Source: an uncultured Acidimicrobiales bacterium (GTDB lineage: Bacteria; Actinomycetota; Acidimicrobiia; Acidimicrobiales; SZUA-35). From it: a DNA stretch of 64,000 nucleotides. A program made the position numbers and the translations under genes. The DNA lies in the NCBI GenBank assembly GCA_937922785.1, contig CALAJQ010000018.1, positions 121,855-185,854 on the forward strand, written 5' to 3'. The first letter of the stretch is position 1. Each line of letters starts with the position of its first letter. Shown piece after piece: positions 28,610-40,000 of this stretch. Under the pieces are notes generated by a model. The model saw only the letters and a program-made list of their open reading frames with translations, was not told where the DNA came from and searched no databases.

Positions 28610-29775
28610 GAATAGGCCTCAGCTTGCAGGTTGTCTAGATGTTTAGTCCGAACTCCAACAAGATCTGAGACTTCCGATAGCGACACGCGACCATCAGAGT
28701 ACGCATCAAAGACTGACTGAACGAACGGCCTTCCTCGGTCCCTTAGAGGTACACGATGCGGCGGCGGCCCACCTTTGCTTGCCGCGCTTCTTTGCTTCCT
28801 TAGGTCCTGGTAGATCTTTGCCCATTCGGCGCTCCTTTTCTCATACTCGTCTGCGGTTGCTTTACCAAAAGTTACGAGGCGACGAAGAATTACCTCTAGG
28901 CTGACGCCAGATCCAACAACATCCTGAATGGCTTCTAGCTCAGCGTCCGACCAAGCTTGGCCTTCTATATGGCGAGCCACGGCGGGGACGGCAAGAAGGT
29001 GTTCGCGAGGCAAAATAGCCTCGCCTGCAACTGCATTGCAGAAGACTTCGATGTCGCTGTGACCTATCGGACGACTGTGAAGATCACATACACCGGAAGC
29101 TCGGCGGCTGAGATGTGCAAGCTCGTGAAGCAGTGTAAAAATCTTAGCTCGGGGAGAGTCTTCACCGTTCAAGACAATCGTCATCGGCAGACCTTGACTA
29201 ATCGAGAAACCGCGCATTTCCGACATCTTTACCCGAGAAGTTTGGAGCACCAAGATGCCTTTCTCCTCAATTTTTGCACTCCAATACTTCAGAGCATCTT
29301 CTGGTTTGCGGATTTTCTGTAGCTCAAGCTGATCGACTTCGAGAAAAACCCGAAGATCCAAGCCGAGCGCTGCGGCATTATCGTTATTCGGAAGTAATGG
29401 CCTAGCGAGCTCGTTCTTTAGCTCTGAGGACAAGTCCACATAAGCTTCTCGTTGAAGATTCACACGGCGAATCTCGTCCATCAATTCCGGCGAGTACTCT
29501 CCTTGTGCGGCAATATCAAGAGACCTGAAGTCGCGCAAAGGGGTGAAGTCAGACGGCACCTCATCAAGCAAAAGAACGATTAATGGTCTCTTGTACTTTT
29601 CGACCATATTGTGAAGAACCGCGACTGAAGGGTCTTGCTCGCCAGACTCGATTGATTCAAGCTTCTCGACTGACATCTGCAGTCTCTTGGCTGCAAGCTC
29701 AATAGGTAGGCTTCTTTGTTCTCGAGCCCACCTCAGTACATCTCCCGAAACCGGTATCTCTGGTGTCTTGGCCAT
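28606..29775 (-). CDS. XRE-HTH + ImmA/IrrE metallopeptidase fusion
   Basis: LRWARE HTH; FTLLHELAHL; EVFCNAVAGEAILP; ATGA-coupled to DUF4411. Confidence 0.9.
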   Translation of the reverse strand: MAKTPEIPVSGDVLRWAREQRSLPIELAAKRLQMSVEKLESIESGEQDPSVAVLHNMVEKYKRPLIVLLLDEVPSDFTPLRDFRSLDIAAQGEYSPELMDEIRRVNLQREAYVDLSSELKNELARPLLPNNDNAAALGLDLRVFLEVDQLELQKIRKPEDALKYWSAKIEEKGILVLQTSRVKMSEMRGFSISQGLPMTIVLNGEDSPRAKIFTLLHELAHLSRRASGVCDLHSRPIGHSDIEVFCNAVAGEAILPREHLLAVPAVARHIEGQAWSDAELEAIQDVVGSGVSLEVILRRLVTFGKATADEYEKRSAEWAKIYQDLRKQRSAASKGGPPPHRVPLRDRGRPFVQSVFDAYSDGRVSLSEVSDLVGVRTKHLDNLQAEAYS

Positions 29776-29930
29776 GTGCGTCCATTATCCCATATAAATC
29801 GAAAATCTGGTCTAGGAAAGTCGGCCTCTGCGGTCACGGAATCTCAATCCCAGCTGCTAGATAGGGGTGAATTACATAATCGTAATTCGCAGTCTAGGGT
29901 TGAACCAACACCGACCATAAAGGAGCAACT

Positions 29931-30131
29931 ATGGGTGGACAACATAGAGACACAGCGGATGATGGCTCTTATGGCGTGACCATTGGGAGTGTCGATGACC
30001 CGGCGTATCCGTCCGACAGCTATTTCATCTCACAGCAGGACAGCAGCGGTAAACCAGACAGCAAAGTAACTTCTATCTTTGACTCAAACGACACACTCTT
30101 AGGGGAAAGCTACGGTACAGGTAGCCTTTGA
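29931..30131 (+). CDS. Small acidic hypothetical protein
   Basis: AAGGAG RBS before ATG; 66 aa. Confidence 0.45.
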   Translation: MGGQHRDTADDGSYGVTIGSVDDPAYPSDSYFISQQDSSGKPDSKVTSIFDSNDTLLGESYGTGSL

Positions 30132-30319
30132 GGCTGTTGTATAATTGGGCGTGTGGGCTGGTTGGTTTTCAGCCGCCAGTTAAACGACTCAGAGAGAAGC
30201 TGAGCACCCACCTTTGATTTAGATGCCCTGGCTAAATGCTGTTCGGACAAACTTGAACAGTCCTGAGTACGGTACATGCGGCTCTGTCTCCTGAACGCTT
30301 GTGGTCGTGATGAGTGCCT

Positions 30320-30965
30320 GTGAATATTCTTAGCCACGCGTTGGTGGCCTATATCGCCGTCGGTCAGCGATGCACCTTGGAGGTCGCAGCAGGTTCGATG
30401 CTCTCGGATATGGCAAATGCTGCATCTGTAGACTTCCCTGAAGCAGCTGGAAGCGATCTGGCACTGGGAATGCGCACGCACGTCATCGCTGATTCAATTT
30501 TTCATGCGGATAGGGCATTCGTGAGTTGCTGTGTATCCATGCGTCGCTTGCTTGAAAGCGAATCGATGAGTAGAGGTGGATCGCGGGCGTGCGCACACGT
30601 CGGCTTCGAGCTGCTGCTCGACGGAATCATCGAACCAGAAGTCCGAAAAGCTCTTGATCTATCCATCGTCTTCGAGACTCTTGAAGGGATTGAGAATTCA
30701 GCTCAAGTATTGTGATCAGCGGACCCATTAGTCTAATGTTGTCGCTGGCTTCGAGCTACGCGCGAGCGATGGAACCTACCGCAACCCTGATTTGATTGCG
30801 GCAAGGCTGCGCGACCTCCTTATCTCAAGGCCCCGCCTGGCATTCGATGCCAGCTTGATACCAACGCTGGAGTTGTGCCTGGATATTCATCGAGAAACGG
30901 TTTCATCGAGCGCCAGGGGACTGCTGAAGCGTGCGGCTGCCGCCGTATCTCTCGAAGTTGCCTGA
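30320..30965 (+). pseudogene. AcpH/ACP-phosphodiesterase-like pseudogene
   Basis: NILSH...GSMLSD...LGMRTHVIAD..FH...AHVGFELLLD; frameshift near 30695 and in-frame TAG ~30730, then YRNPDLIAARL...RPRL continues to TGA 30965. Confidence 0.55.
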
Positions 30966-31081
30966 ATGCCCAGCGGTTCTCCGAATTCCCCTTCTCGCCT
31001 AAGCGTCTGTGGAAGGTACAGCGAACAGTTGGCGGCTTGTCCCCCCGTGCTTATCCAAACCCATGCTAGATTTGAAAGCGG

Positions 31082-31097
31082 TAGAACAAATGTTCGA
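31082..31097. promoter_or_regulatory. LexA (SOS) box
   Basis: TAGAAC-AAAT-GTTCGA, one mismatch to actinobacterial TCGAAC-N4-GTTCGA, 20 nt upstream of the DUF5131 start. Confidence 0.7.
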
Positions 31098-31117
31098 CAA
31101 CTCAAGGAGAGGCTCTG

Positions 31118-31858
31118 ATGGTGGAATCAGCGATTGAGTGGACAGAAGTCACGTGGAATCCCACGACGGGTTGCGACAAGATCTCTACTGGTTGTGAGAA
31201 TTGCTATGCACTGACGCTATCTAAACGCCTCAAAGCAATGGGTCAAGCGAAGTACCAGAAGGACGGAGATCTTAGGACCAGTGGGCCCGGATTCGGTCTG
31301 ACGCTCCATCCTGATACGCTTACTATCCCGTACTCATGGCGTTCACCCAGGACTGTGTTTGTGAACTCGATGTCGGATCTGTTCCATGAAGATGTTCCGG
31401 TCGACTTCATTCAGCAGGTGTTCACAGTGATGGCGGACACTCCTCAACATCAGTATCAGGTGCTCACGAAGCGAGCTCAGAGGCTGAGCAAGATTGCGGC
31501 GAAACTGGAATGGCCATCCAACGTCTGGATGGGAGTTTCAGTTGAGTCGCAGCGCTACGCCTTTCGACTCAACCATCTTAGGAAGGTTCCAGCTGCAGTT
31601 AGGTTCGTTTCAGCTGAGCCTCTTCTTGGGCCAGTTGAACTGAACCTTGATGGTATCGATTGGGTCATCGTCGGCGGTGAGTCCGGCCACGGTGCCCGGC
31701 CTATCGAAGCAGTCTGGGTTGAATCGATTCGCGATGATTGTGAATCGAGCGGGACTGCCTTCTTCTTCAAACAATGGGGTGGGCGCACCCCAAAGGCTGG
31801 GGGTAGAGAACTCAATGGGCAAACGTGGGATGCTATGCCTTCGGTCGCTTCGGTCTGA
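31118..31858 (+). CDS. DUF5131 family (phage Gp37/Gp68, three-Cys motif) protein
   Basis: IEWT..TWNPTTGCDKISTGCENCYA, FVNSMSDLFH, SAEPLLG, WVIVGGESG, FFFKQWGG. Confidence 0.93.
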   Translation: MVESAIEWTEVTWNPTTGCDKISTGCENCYALTLSKRLKAMGQAKYQKDGDLRTSGPGFGLTLHPDTLTIPYSWRSPRTVFVNSMSDLFHEDVPVDFIQQVFTVMADTPQHQYQVLTKRAQRLSKIAAKLEWPSNVWMGVSVESQRYAFRLNHLRKVPAAVRFVSAEPLLGPVELNLDGIDWVIVGGESGHGARPIEAVWVESIRDDCESSGTAFFFKQWGGRTPKAGGRELNGQTWDAMPSVASV

Positions 31859-32903
31859 ACTTCGGCAAAGCCTTTGATTTCGGGGTTTCCGAGATGTGTC
31901 CTGCCTTCTCTAGCCGTACGAGCGCCTTTCGTACGTGAGTCTGGCGGGCACGGCCGAGCGCCTCACCGTAGACCGCATCCAAAGAGCGATTTAGGGGAAG
32001 GGCGGGTTCAGGGTTTTCGAGAATCTTCAGTAGATTCGCCTCTATCTCATCGACCATCGCCTCCGTTTCGTCGAAGTAGAGCTGCCCGCCTTCTTCGCAG
32101 TGAGCTTTCATCTCTTTCTCGAGCGTGTTTGAGACCGCCTCGTTGAAGTGCCACATGCCGTCCTCGTGCATTGTGAGGAACAACAAGTAGTAGTCGATGG
32201 GCCCGTCTAGTCGGTCGCTAATCGGAACACTGAACCATGCGCAACCCAGATCGTTCCCGATTCTGCGACAGAACTCCAGGCAGATGTCTCTGGCTCCAGA
32301 GTCGTCAGGTGAGGCAGTCCAGATCGATTGCCACCAATCTCCACCAAGGCAGGCGTTTGCGTTGGCTATGAAGGTTTCCTTAGCCCTGTGGTCCCTGCCT
32401 GTCAGGTGGCCCGCGTTTCGCCGCACGCCATGCTTCGAAACGTTCAGGATCAATTCAGTCTTGCCCGACCTCTTCATGAGTCGGAGCAAGTCGTCGTAGC
32501 CGATGCCGAGGCCGAACGGATCGATAAAGGCGAGGAGAGGAGAAGAGCCGGCCCATTTCAGCATCTCGTCCAAGTATTCAGCAGCCGTGCCTCTGCGTAC
32601 CTGCCAATTGTCCCACTGCTCGGCGGCAGCCTGCAACTGCTCGAAAGTCGCCTTGTCCTTTTCTACTAGAAAGCCGTCGAGCTGCCGGTCAACATTCGTG
32701 AAGATGTCAACTGCTTGAGCTACAACTGCAGGCGAGCCTGCTTCTCCGTCATCGTAGAAGCCCTGCCCGGCGTAGCCGTCGAAATAGCAGACGCGCTTTC
32801 CGGCGGACCGGCTTCCAACCTTGGATGTAAATTGCGTTGCATACCGCCCTAGAATTCCAAGCTTCAGACGCGCTGCTCCCTGTGGCGTGTCCCAAAATCC
32901 CAT
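31833..32903 (-). CDS. Three-Cys-motif partner protein (TcmP-like methyltransferase fold)
   Basis: KLGIL.RY, YFDGYAGQG.Y.DG..GSP, FIDPFG, TELILN; adjacent to DUF5131. Confidence 0.85.
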   Translation of the reverse strand: MGFWDTPQGAARLKLGILGRYATQFTSKVGSRSAGKRVCYFDGYAGQGFYDDGEAGSPAVVAQAVDIFTNVDRQLDGFLVEKDKATFEQLQAAAEQWDNWQVRRGTAAEYLDEMLKWAGSSPLLAFIDPFGLGIGYDDLLRLMKRSGKTELILNVSKHGVRRNAGHLTGRDHRAKETFIANANACLGGDWWQSIWTASPDDSGARDICLEFCRRIGNDLGCAWFSVPISDRLDGPIDYYLLFLTMHEDGMWHFNEAVSNTLEKEMKAHCEEGGQLYFDETEAMVDEIEANLLKILENPEPALPLNRSLDAVYGEALGRARQTHVRKALVRLEKAGHISETPKSKALPKFRPKRPKA

Positions 32904-33193
32904 TAGTCTTCGTCCTGGGTGGAGGCGGACGGGATTACTTGATCTCCGCGCTGGGCGGACGAGTCGAGCCTGTCGAAGTCGAGCCTGTCGAAGTCGAGAG
33001 TTGCACCTTCAGGTCCTGCGTGTGGTGTAGTCCAGGCGATAGGGACAATCATTTCGGTCTTGCTGTTCCTCATGCAGTGTGCATCGATCACATTGTTGGG
33101 GGACTTGAGTGCTTGTCTGGTGGCTCCACCTTATTGAAGGAAGTTTGTGGATCCCGTTAAATCATGTAGGGTGCTCAAACACAAACAGCAAAT

Positions 33194-34099
33194 ATGGGGC
33201 AACATAATGAGACAATTAGCGAGGCGCATTCTATGAAACCCAGACAGACTCCCAGTAGCCGAAGGTATTTCGGAGCGTTCGCTCTTGTTCTGTCTTTCGG
33301 TCTTTTCACGGCGGTGACCCGGACGCTATCTACCGACTCCGTCGTCGCTGCCGGCGCTGGCCAGGAGGTTCTGGAGCCTTTGGATGTTCTGCAGCCCGGC
33401 CCTGACCCCGACCCGACCGAAGAACCAGATCTGGATCCTGTTGATCCGGAAGATACTTGCGCTGCGTTCAAAGCATCATTTGGTCAATTCCGGAATCGTG
33501 GGCAGTTGGTGAAGGAAATTGTTACCTCGGCAGTTGGCGGACCTCCAGTTAGCCCCGAGTCGAAGAAGCGCGTTAGAGATGGGGGTGATGATCCAGACGC
33601 GATCGAGGCTTCTGTCAAGGAAAGGATGGCGCTGGACATGAGCGTCACATTTTCGTTCTTTGAGCCGCTAGCGGAAGAAGATGTGCTCAATCTTAAATCG
33701 TTGGACAGTGCCGAGATCCTGGCAATATTTGCGTCAGTGGACGACGTAGTGGACGGCTTCGCGCTTACGTCTGTCTATCTGGTCGATCCGAAAGAGGGCC
33801 GGACACTGTTCGAAGTTATGTCTGACGGACGACTTCATATGGATCAACAGCTAAAGGATCTCAAATCCAGTGCTGAGTCGGCGGATAATGTCGCCCCCGT
33901 TATTGACACCATGAGCACACCAGATCGGTGGGTCGTTGGCTTGAGCGTTCGGGCGGACCAAAAAACAATTCTCAGGCTGATTACAACTAACAAAAAGCTA
34001 TTTCTTTCAATAGAGCCTGAAGTTGTGCGAGCAGGGGCAATGCCAGCACTACCTGACAACTCATCAACCGAGATCGTCCGCAAGGAGAACTGCAAATGA
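33194..34099 (+). CDS. Membrane-anchored hypothetical protein with Pro/Asp linker
   Basis: TM helix then PDPDPTEEPD; ATGA-coupled to the next gene. Confidence 0.7.
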   Translation: MGQHNETISEAHSMKPRQTPSSRRYFGAFALVLSFGLFTAVTRTLSTDSVVAAGAGQEVLEPLDVLQPGPDPDPTEEPDLDPVDPEDTCAAFKASFGQFRNRGQLVKEIVTSAVGGPPVSPESKKRVRDGGDDPDAIEASVKERMALDMSVTFSFFEPLAEEDVLNLKSLDSAEILAIFASVDDVVDGFALTSVYLVDPKEGRTLFEVMSDGRLHMDQQLKDLKSSAESADNVAPVIDTMSTPDRWVVGLSVRADQKTILRLITTNKKLFLSIEPEVVRAGAMPALPDNSSTEIVRKENCK

Positions 34100-35325
34100 A
34101 ACGAGCAATCTTATCCCTCATCGTTCTTGCTGGAATTGTTGCGACCCTTTCGCCAAGCCCAGCTTCTGCACATGACTATGTGCGCACAAGGGCTGGTGCG
34201 CATCTGTGGGCACCACGTGAGGGTGCAGTGATCCAGAAGGACTCTCCTCCCTTTTTTGGTAACGTGACCTTTGATTTTTGGTTTGCGTGGTTCGATACAA
34301 GCTCTCGGCAACAGTTGACCGGGTACCACCGAGCAATAGAGCAAAAGCTGATCATAGGATCTCCCGGGTCGAGCGGCCGAACTTTCGCTAATACGACCCT
34401 GCCGTCATGCGCTGTGCTACGTCTAGATGACACAATCGAGCCAAACCCGTTCAGCTCAAATAACAAGGGAATTTTCGGCTGGACCGCTGGAAATTCCGGA
34501 TGTTTGACGGCGAACTCAGCGCAGATGGTCGGCGTAAGAGGTCACCATGACTGGGGGTCCTCTCAATGGTTGCCTGCAGTCCTAGACTGGAGAGCCTCGA
34601 CGTATATGGATCATCACGACACCGCCGTAGCCGATTGTGGTGCAACCGTAGCGACTTGCACGTTCAACGACTACTCTCTCAGAGTCGATAAGTCCGGTTG
34701 GGGTCTTTGGCTCCAAAAGAACGATAATTCCACACATCATTGGAACACCAAGGGTGTCTCTAACCACCACTTTGAGTCGTCGAATCTTCAGTGGGCCGGG
34801 GACGCGGGTAACAATGTGTCGAGGGTGTGTGCCAACTGGACTCTTCCGGGAGCAATCGCTGGATTCAAGTCCAACTGTGCTGTCAAGTTTAAGCGCGGGT
34901 CTAGCCCTGTGCCTTGGTCAGGAATCCATCAGACAATGGCTCGAACCTCGACAGAGTCCGACAACATGACGTTAGAAGCGATGGTGAAGTGTGGAAATAC
35001 CACGGGAACGTGCACGGCCGCACTTCAGTTAGTCTTCAACTACACGTTCAGCGGAGGGTTCCAGGTGTCAAGAAAGACGCCGACCGTCACGCTGCAAGCG
35101 GGGTTTTGGTATTCGTGCGGACTTGACTCTAACCACTCGTTTAGTACCCCGGTTACACCTAACTACTCGAGCCTTACCGCTTCAATATGGACTACAGGAA
35201 ACGACTACCTGATGGCAGATGCCGTTCTGCTATCCGGCTACCATACGAGTATCACCCAAACTCTGGGTGACAACTTCCAGCCGAAACCCACATCAGGCTC
35301 CACTTGCACAAAGGTGAATGGCTAG
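34096..35325 (+). CDS. Secreted hypothetical protein with CBM-like C-terminal domain
   Basis: Signal peptide ending PASA; NHHFE...W domain start; paired Cys. Confidence 0.75.
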   Translation: MKRAILSLIVLAGIVATLSPSPASAHDYVRTRAGAHLWAPREGAVIQKDSPPFFGNVTFDFWFAWFDTSSRQQLTGYHRAIEQKLIIGSPGSSGRTFANTTLPSCAVLRLDDTIEPNPFSSNNKGIFGWTAGNSGCLTANSAQMVGVRGHHDWGSSQWLPAVLDWRASTYMDHHDTAVADCGATVATCTFNDYSLRVDKSGWGLWLQKNDNSTHHWNTKGVSNHHFESSNLQWAGDAGNNVSRVCANWTLPGAIAGFKSNCAVKFKRGSSPVPWSGIHQTMARTSTESDNMTLEAMVKCGNTTGTCTAALQLVFNYTFSGGFQVSRKTPTVTLQAGFWYSCGLDSNHSFSTPVTPNYSSLTASIWTTGNDYLMADAVLLSGYHTSITQTLGDNFQPKPTSGSTCTKVNG

Positions 35326-35360
35326 CCTGTCTGGCTGTGAGCGTAAGTCAGGATCTCGCT

Positions 35361-35645
35361 ATGTCAACGTCTGTTGACCCTTACAGTGTCGGCCGACGTT
35401 GGACACACGGTGCATGGATGTTCGTAATCGCCTTTGGCTGTTGGTTGCCGACCTTTGCTGTCTTGCTGTGGGCTCTTGAGGGTCAGCGATGTCCAGGCAG
35501 GGTTTCTGGCTGTCGAGACCTGAGTCGAATCATGGACCCAGTAGTGGGAGAACTTATCCTCCTATCACCGCTAAAGGTAGCGTCTCTGGTTTTCTTCGGT
35601 CTCGGAGTAAGACTGTTAAGATCAAAAGACTCTGGTGCATCGTGA
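35361..35645 (+). CDS. Small 2-TM membrane protein
   Basis: Two hydrophobic helices around CPGRVSGC. Confidence 0.45.
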   Translation: MSTSVDPYSVGRRWTHGAWMFVIAFGCWLPTFAVLLWALEGQRCPGRVSGCRDLSRIMDPVVGELILLSPLKVASLVFFGLGVRLLRSKDSGAS

Positions 35646-35849
35646 TCAAGCGTCTCGGCTCCCCGCCAGAACCGGCGGAAACCTGGGCGTACAAGCCAAG
35701 TTGATTGTTTGTTTAGGTGGTAACTGGACACACTCAGAAAGCTGCTGAGCTAGATGTATCTGTCTCGATAACAGGTTGGGAAGAGTAGTCAGGATGACGG
35801 CTGTCAGATTCGCTCGACTGACTGATTTTCCACTCCACTCGAACGAATC

Positions 35850-36253
35850 TTGTCAGCCCGCTATTTCATTTCTTTGGTGGGCGGCTTTATTACTTTGGTG
35901 GGCGTCGCTGGTGCGGTTGGGGTTGATCCGGCCCTTAAGTTTGGCGAAGAGACGCCGATTGGTAGCTATGACAAGCTTCGAGAAGAACCAGTGTTTTCTG
36001 CTCTTGGTAACTGGCCCTTTCACTCTTGGCGTCAGCGTGCGCCGAGACGGATCCTCTGTCTGCGGTAACTGTTGATTCAGTGTTCGAGGTGTCAGGCGAT
36101 GAATACCCTTATCGAGTTCTCATCTATGACGGAAACGGAAATGTAGAAGACATGAAAGAGATATGGGACGCTACGCCTCTTCTCGCTCGTACAGGATATG
36201 GCGAGTGGCCTCATTGGCCGACGTATCTGGCCTTCAAAGACTTCGAGTGCTAG
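35850..36253 (+). pseudogene. Frameshifted small exported protein
   Basis: ORFs 35850-36068 and 36026-36253 join if one T is added in CCCTTTCAC (~36018). Confidence 0.35.
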
Positions 36254-37057
36254 GGTGGCGGTCGTCTCGATATCGAGGCGACCGGCGGATTGATGGTTAC
36301 GTATGTCGTTGAGGAAGGCCCTCCTGGTGGGTTTACTCCTCCAGTAAGTCACGCAGACAGAGTTCGGTTCAGCTGTACCGACAAGTAACCAGCAGAATAG
36401 TGCCATAACGCTGCCTTTTGGGATCAACTAACAGCAACTAACGGTCCGGGTCCTTGAATCCAGTTGTCTCCTAGCAAAGACCTGTCGAGTCGGGGCCTGA
36501 GATACCCCGGTCCTCGGACCCTGGAGCAAGACTCTCAATTGGCTTGTTCACCGGTACACCTCCATCAAGAGTGTGCAGCAAGATGGTCAGCTCGACAAAT
36601 TTTCGGAACACATCGGACCGTCCTCAATCCCTCGATCACACCACAAGTGGTCGTGGGGGTTGATCGGCATTGCGGCTTGTCGCGACTAGGTCTTTGAAGA
36701 GCTTGCTTGCAATGTTGAATTGGTCCTTTTGCAAGATCTCGGTGTTGGGTTCGGCAGAACCGAAATATCTGCGATCCGGGCAAGTGATCTGGCGTCCTCT
36801 GCGACTAGCGCCCAATTAGAAATCGGTGCATGTCTATCCGAAAACGAATCGCTCCCAGCCTTTACATCACAGTCAAGAATTTTCAAACTCGGCCCCTCTA
36901 CCTTCGGTTGCGGGCCAAACCTTGTGAAGGTCCATGGTTGAGCATTCTAGAAAATTGGAGCCGAACAAGTACCGAGTCCTACTTCATCCTGCAGCATCCA
37001 CCTTTTGACAGCTCCATCAACTAGCTTCTTCCCCGTAGTCGATACAAGAGGACCTTG

Positions 37058-40000
37058 ATGCGTAAGCTATTGCTCGTACTGACCAGCACACTCATGGCAG
37101 CTTCAGCTGTGTTGGCAACGCCAGTTGTCACCGAGGTAGCACCACTTGCAGCCCAGCAACTACCCGACGAAGTCCCTCCTGTGCCAGAGGTCCCGTTGGA
37201 CATTGACGAGACCGAGGGGACAATCTCCGGTGGTGTGTTGCCACCGGAAGAGGCGCCAGCTGAAGAGCCGAAGATTGCAGATACTCGTGGGATCGAGATT
37301 GAGGATCAAGGCAGGGTAGTTCCGTTCAGGACGCCGCCAATTCTGTCGCCCCAGACGGTCTCGATAGTCGGACGGGCCCCGACGCCTTTGGGGAAGGACA
37401 CTGTGCGTGTGGTGAGATCCCTCGAGGACGAGCGGATTGGTGTGACTCTGGAGGTTTTGGATGAGGAGCTGACGGACAGGTTGTCGCCGGTTGGCGGCTT
37501 GGCTTTTGAGTTAACTACTGAGTCCGAAGGAGCAAAGGATTCCGAGGCTGACGGTTGGGAACTCAGGTTCTCGATGTCGCTATTTGCAGAGTCCCTTATT
37601 GATGTCCGGCGTCTGGGTTTTGTCGTTCGCTATGGATGCAATGGAGAAGGTGTGTGCGACGATCGCGAGTTTGTCCTGGGTCGAGTAGACCAACAGACGA
37701 ATGAGCTGGTTGTAGTAATCCCGACACGAGCGATGACAGAGATAGCGGCTGACCGTGTGTCAGATCCAGATGAAGAGGCCCGTGAGCTGGAGAACATGAG
37801 CGGCGGTACGCAGGTATTTTTCTCCGCAGCTAGTGGGACCTCAGGTCAGCATGGTTCGTTCTCGGCTTCTGAATTGAGTGTCTTGTCTTCGTGGCAGGTT
37901 GGTCTGCAGACCGGCCATCTGGAGCTGGGTTACTCGATTCCTGTCCCTCCTGCTGTGGGTCCGTCACCCAGTCTTTCATACAGCTATTCGTCTGGTTCGG
38001 TCGATGGGATGAACAGTTCCACGAACAACCAGGCTTCACAGATTGGTTTGGGTTGGTCTGACAATGCGCCCGTGATCTCGCGCACTCTCAGGGGTTGCTC
38101 GAATGGCTCAGCAAACGAAATCGCCTACGCCGGGAATATGTGTCTCCCGAATAGCAACGAGGGCGGCGTGGTTCCGGTGATTAACAACCGCCATGACGGG
38201 TTTGTACTCAGTCTCAATGGCGTTGGCGGCCAGCTCGTGAGAACGACAGCCAGTCTGACGGGTCTGGACTACGACAATCAGCCCAACGGTCCCAAGTATT
38301 GGGAGTACGAGCTTGAAATGAAGAACGATTGGCGGATCCGGCGAGTTGAGGATGTCAACGCGTCGGCTGGGCTGGGTAATGGTGATGTGTTCACAACGTT
38401 CTGGGAGGTTACGACTGGTGATGGCACTCTGCACGTGTTCGGTCGGGAACGCCAATTTGCGCCGCAAGGTGGTTCAGGTCCATGGACGACGCGGCCTCGT
38501 GTCGCCACTGCGGCTGATTTGGAAGGAACCCGAACATCACTTCAGTCGGCGAGAGTAGTCCCTGTCTGGATGGGGGCAATCAACAGTCAGCCAAATGTGA
38601 ACGGCAAGGACATCACCTGCGTTCAGTCGATGTGTGATCTGGCTGTCGAGTGGCGACTAGATCAGGCGATTGACACCGATGGGAACATGGCGACTTACCA
38701 CTATTGGCAAGAACCGAACTGGTATAACCCCAACGGTCAGGTAAGAGAGTACGAACGGGCCTTAAATCTGTGGTACATCGACTACGGCGTCCGTTACGCG
38801 GACGGCGCCTATGGCTACGACGAAGCTTCCCAAGTTCCGTTTAGAACTCGGTTTGACTACAAGTGGCGTAATTTCCAAACCGATGTCAACGGCAACAACG
38901 ACGGAGGTGACATCGGCTCAGGCCAAAACTGGCAAGACACTCCGGTCGACTTGCTATGTGACTACAACATGGCCGTTGCCCAGGGATGTGCAGACACGCC
39001 GGCCTTCTTTACCCAGACAGCGCTCAAAAAGGTGACCAACATGGTTTCGGGTGCCGACGGCGTGCGTCACATCTTCCAGCATTCATACCCGATCGCACCC
39101 GAAAGCTACCCTGCAAATTCACCACTTATCTCTGAACCAAAATTGTGGTTTCAAGCGGTTCAACAATCAGGGCCGGACGGAACGACCCTGCCCAAAACCA
39201 TGTTTGACGAAGACGAGGGGCGATGGCATGAAAACAGAGTCAATCACAACGACAACGGAGCGGGTGGAGTACCCGCAATGCGCATGCTCAGAGTCGGCCG
39301 GATGCGAAACGCTCTGGGCGGCACGATTGACTACTCCTATGCACAATCTCACCCACCAACCACCTCAGGTGCTTGCTCTCGGGGCACAAACTCTCCTGGC
39401 TACATCCGACTCCCATGTGACATGTTCATTGCGTACGACGCCTTCACTGGCGGTGGAGGAGCCGTTCTCTGGAACAAATGGAAGGTCAATCAAGCTGTCG
39501 CCTATCCCCGGAACGGAGGCTCAGATCCCGAAACCTACGACTATATCTATGAGACCCCACCAGATTGGGCCTACAGCTATGCAGTCGGTCGTGGACCAAA
39601 CTACGCTCCGCAGTGCAGAAACGGCCACGGCTGCGGATACTGGAACGACTACCGCGGTCACCCCGAGGTCTCAGTCGAACGCGCTGATGGGAAAAAGACA
39701 ACCCACTTCTTTGCCACAGGTATGCGCAATGATCGTGTCGGACCCAACTCAACAACCACGCTCGGCGCATCGTCGGCTCACCAGAACGTTAAACCGGCAA
39801 AGTATGAAAACGCAGACGGTGGCCTCAACGACAACTGGCTGCCATTGGCTGGCAAAGACGTCGGCGTTCGCAACCTAAACGCGAGCAATCAACTCCTGTC
39901 GGTATCCGTTGTCGGTTACAGCCAGACCAAAGTCACCGATATCGCCTACCCCGACAGCTACAGAATCACCCAAAGACGCGATTTTAATCACGAGCTGAAC

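Noticed and set aside
32962-32998. 15-bp tandem duplication GTCGAGCCTGTCGAA
   Set aside because: About 2.4 copies in a doubtful ORF; most likely a slippage duplication with no evident function.
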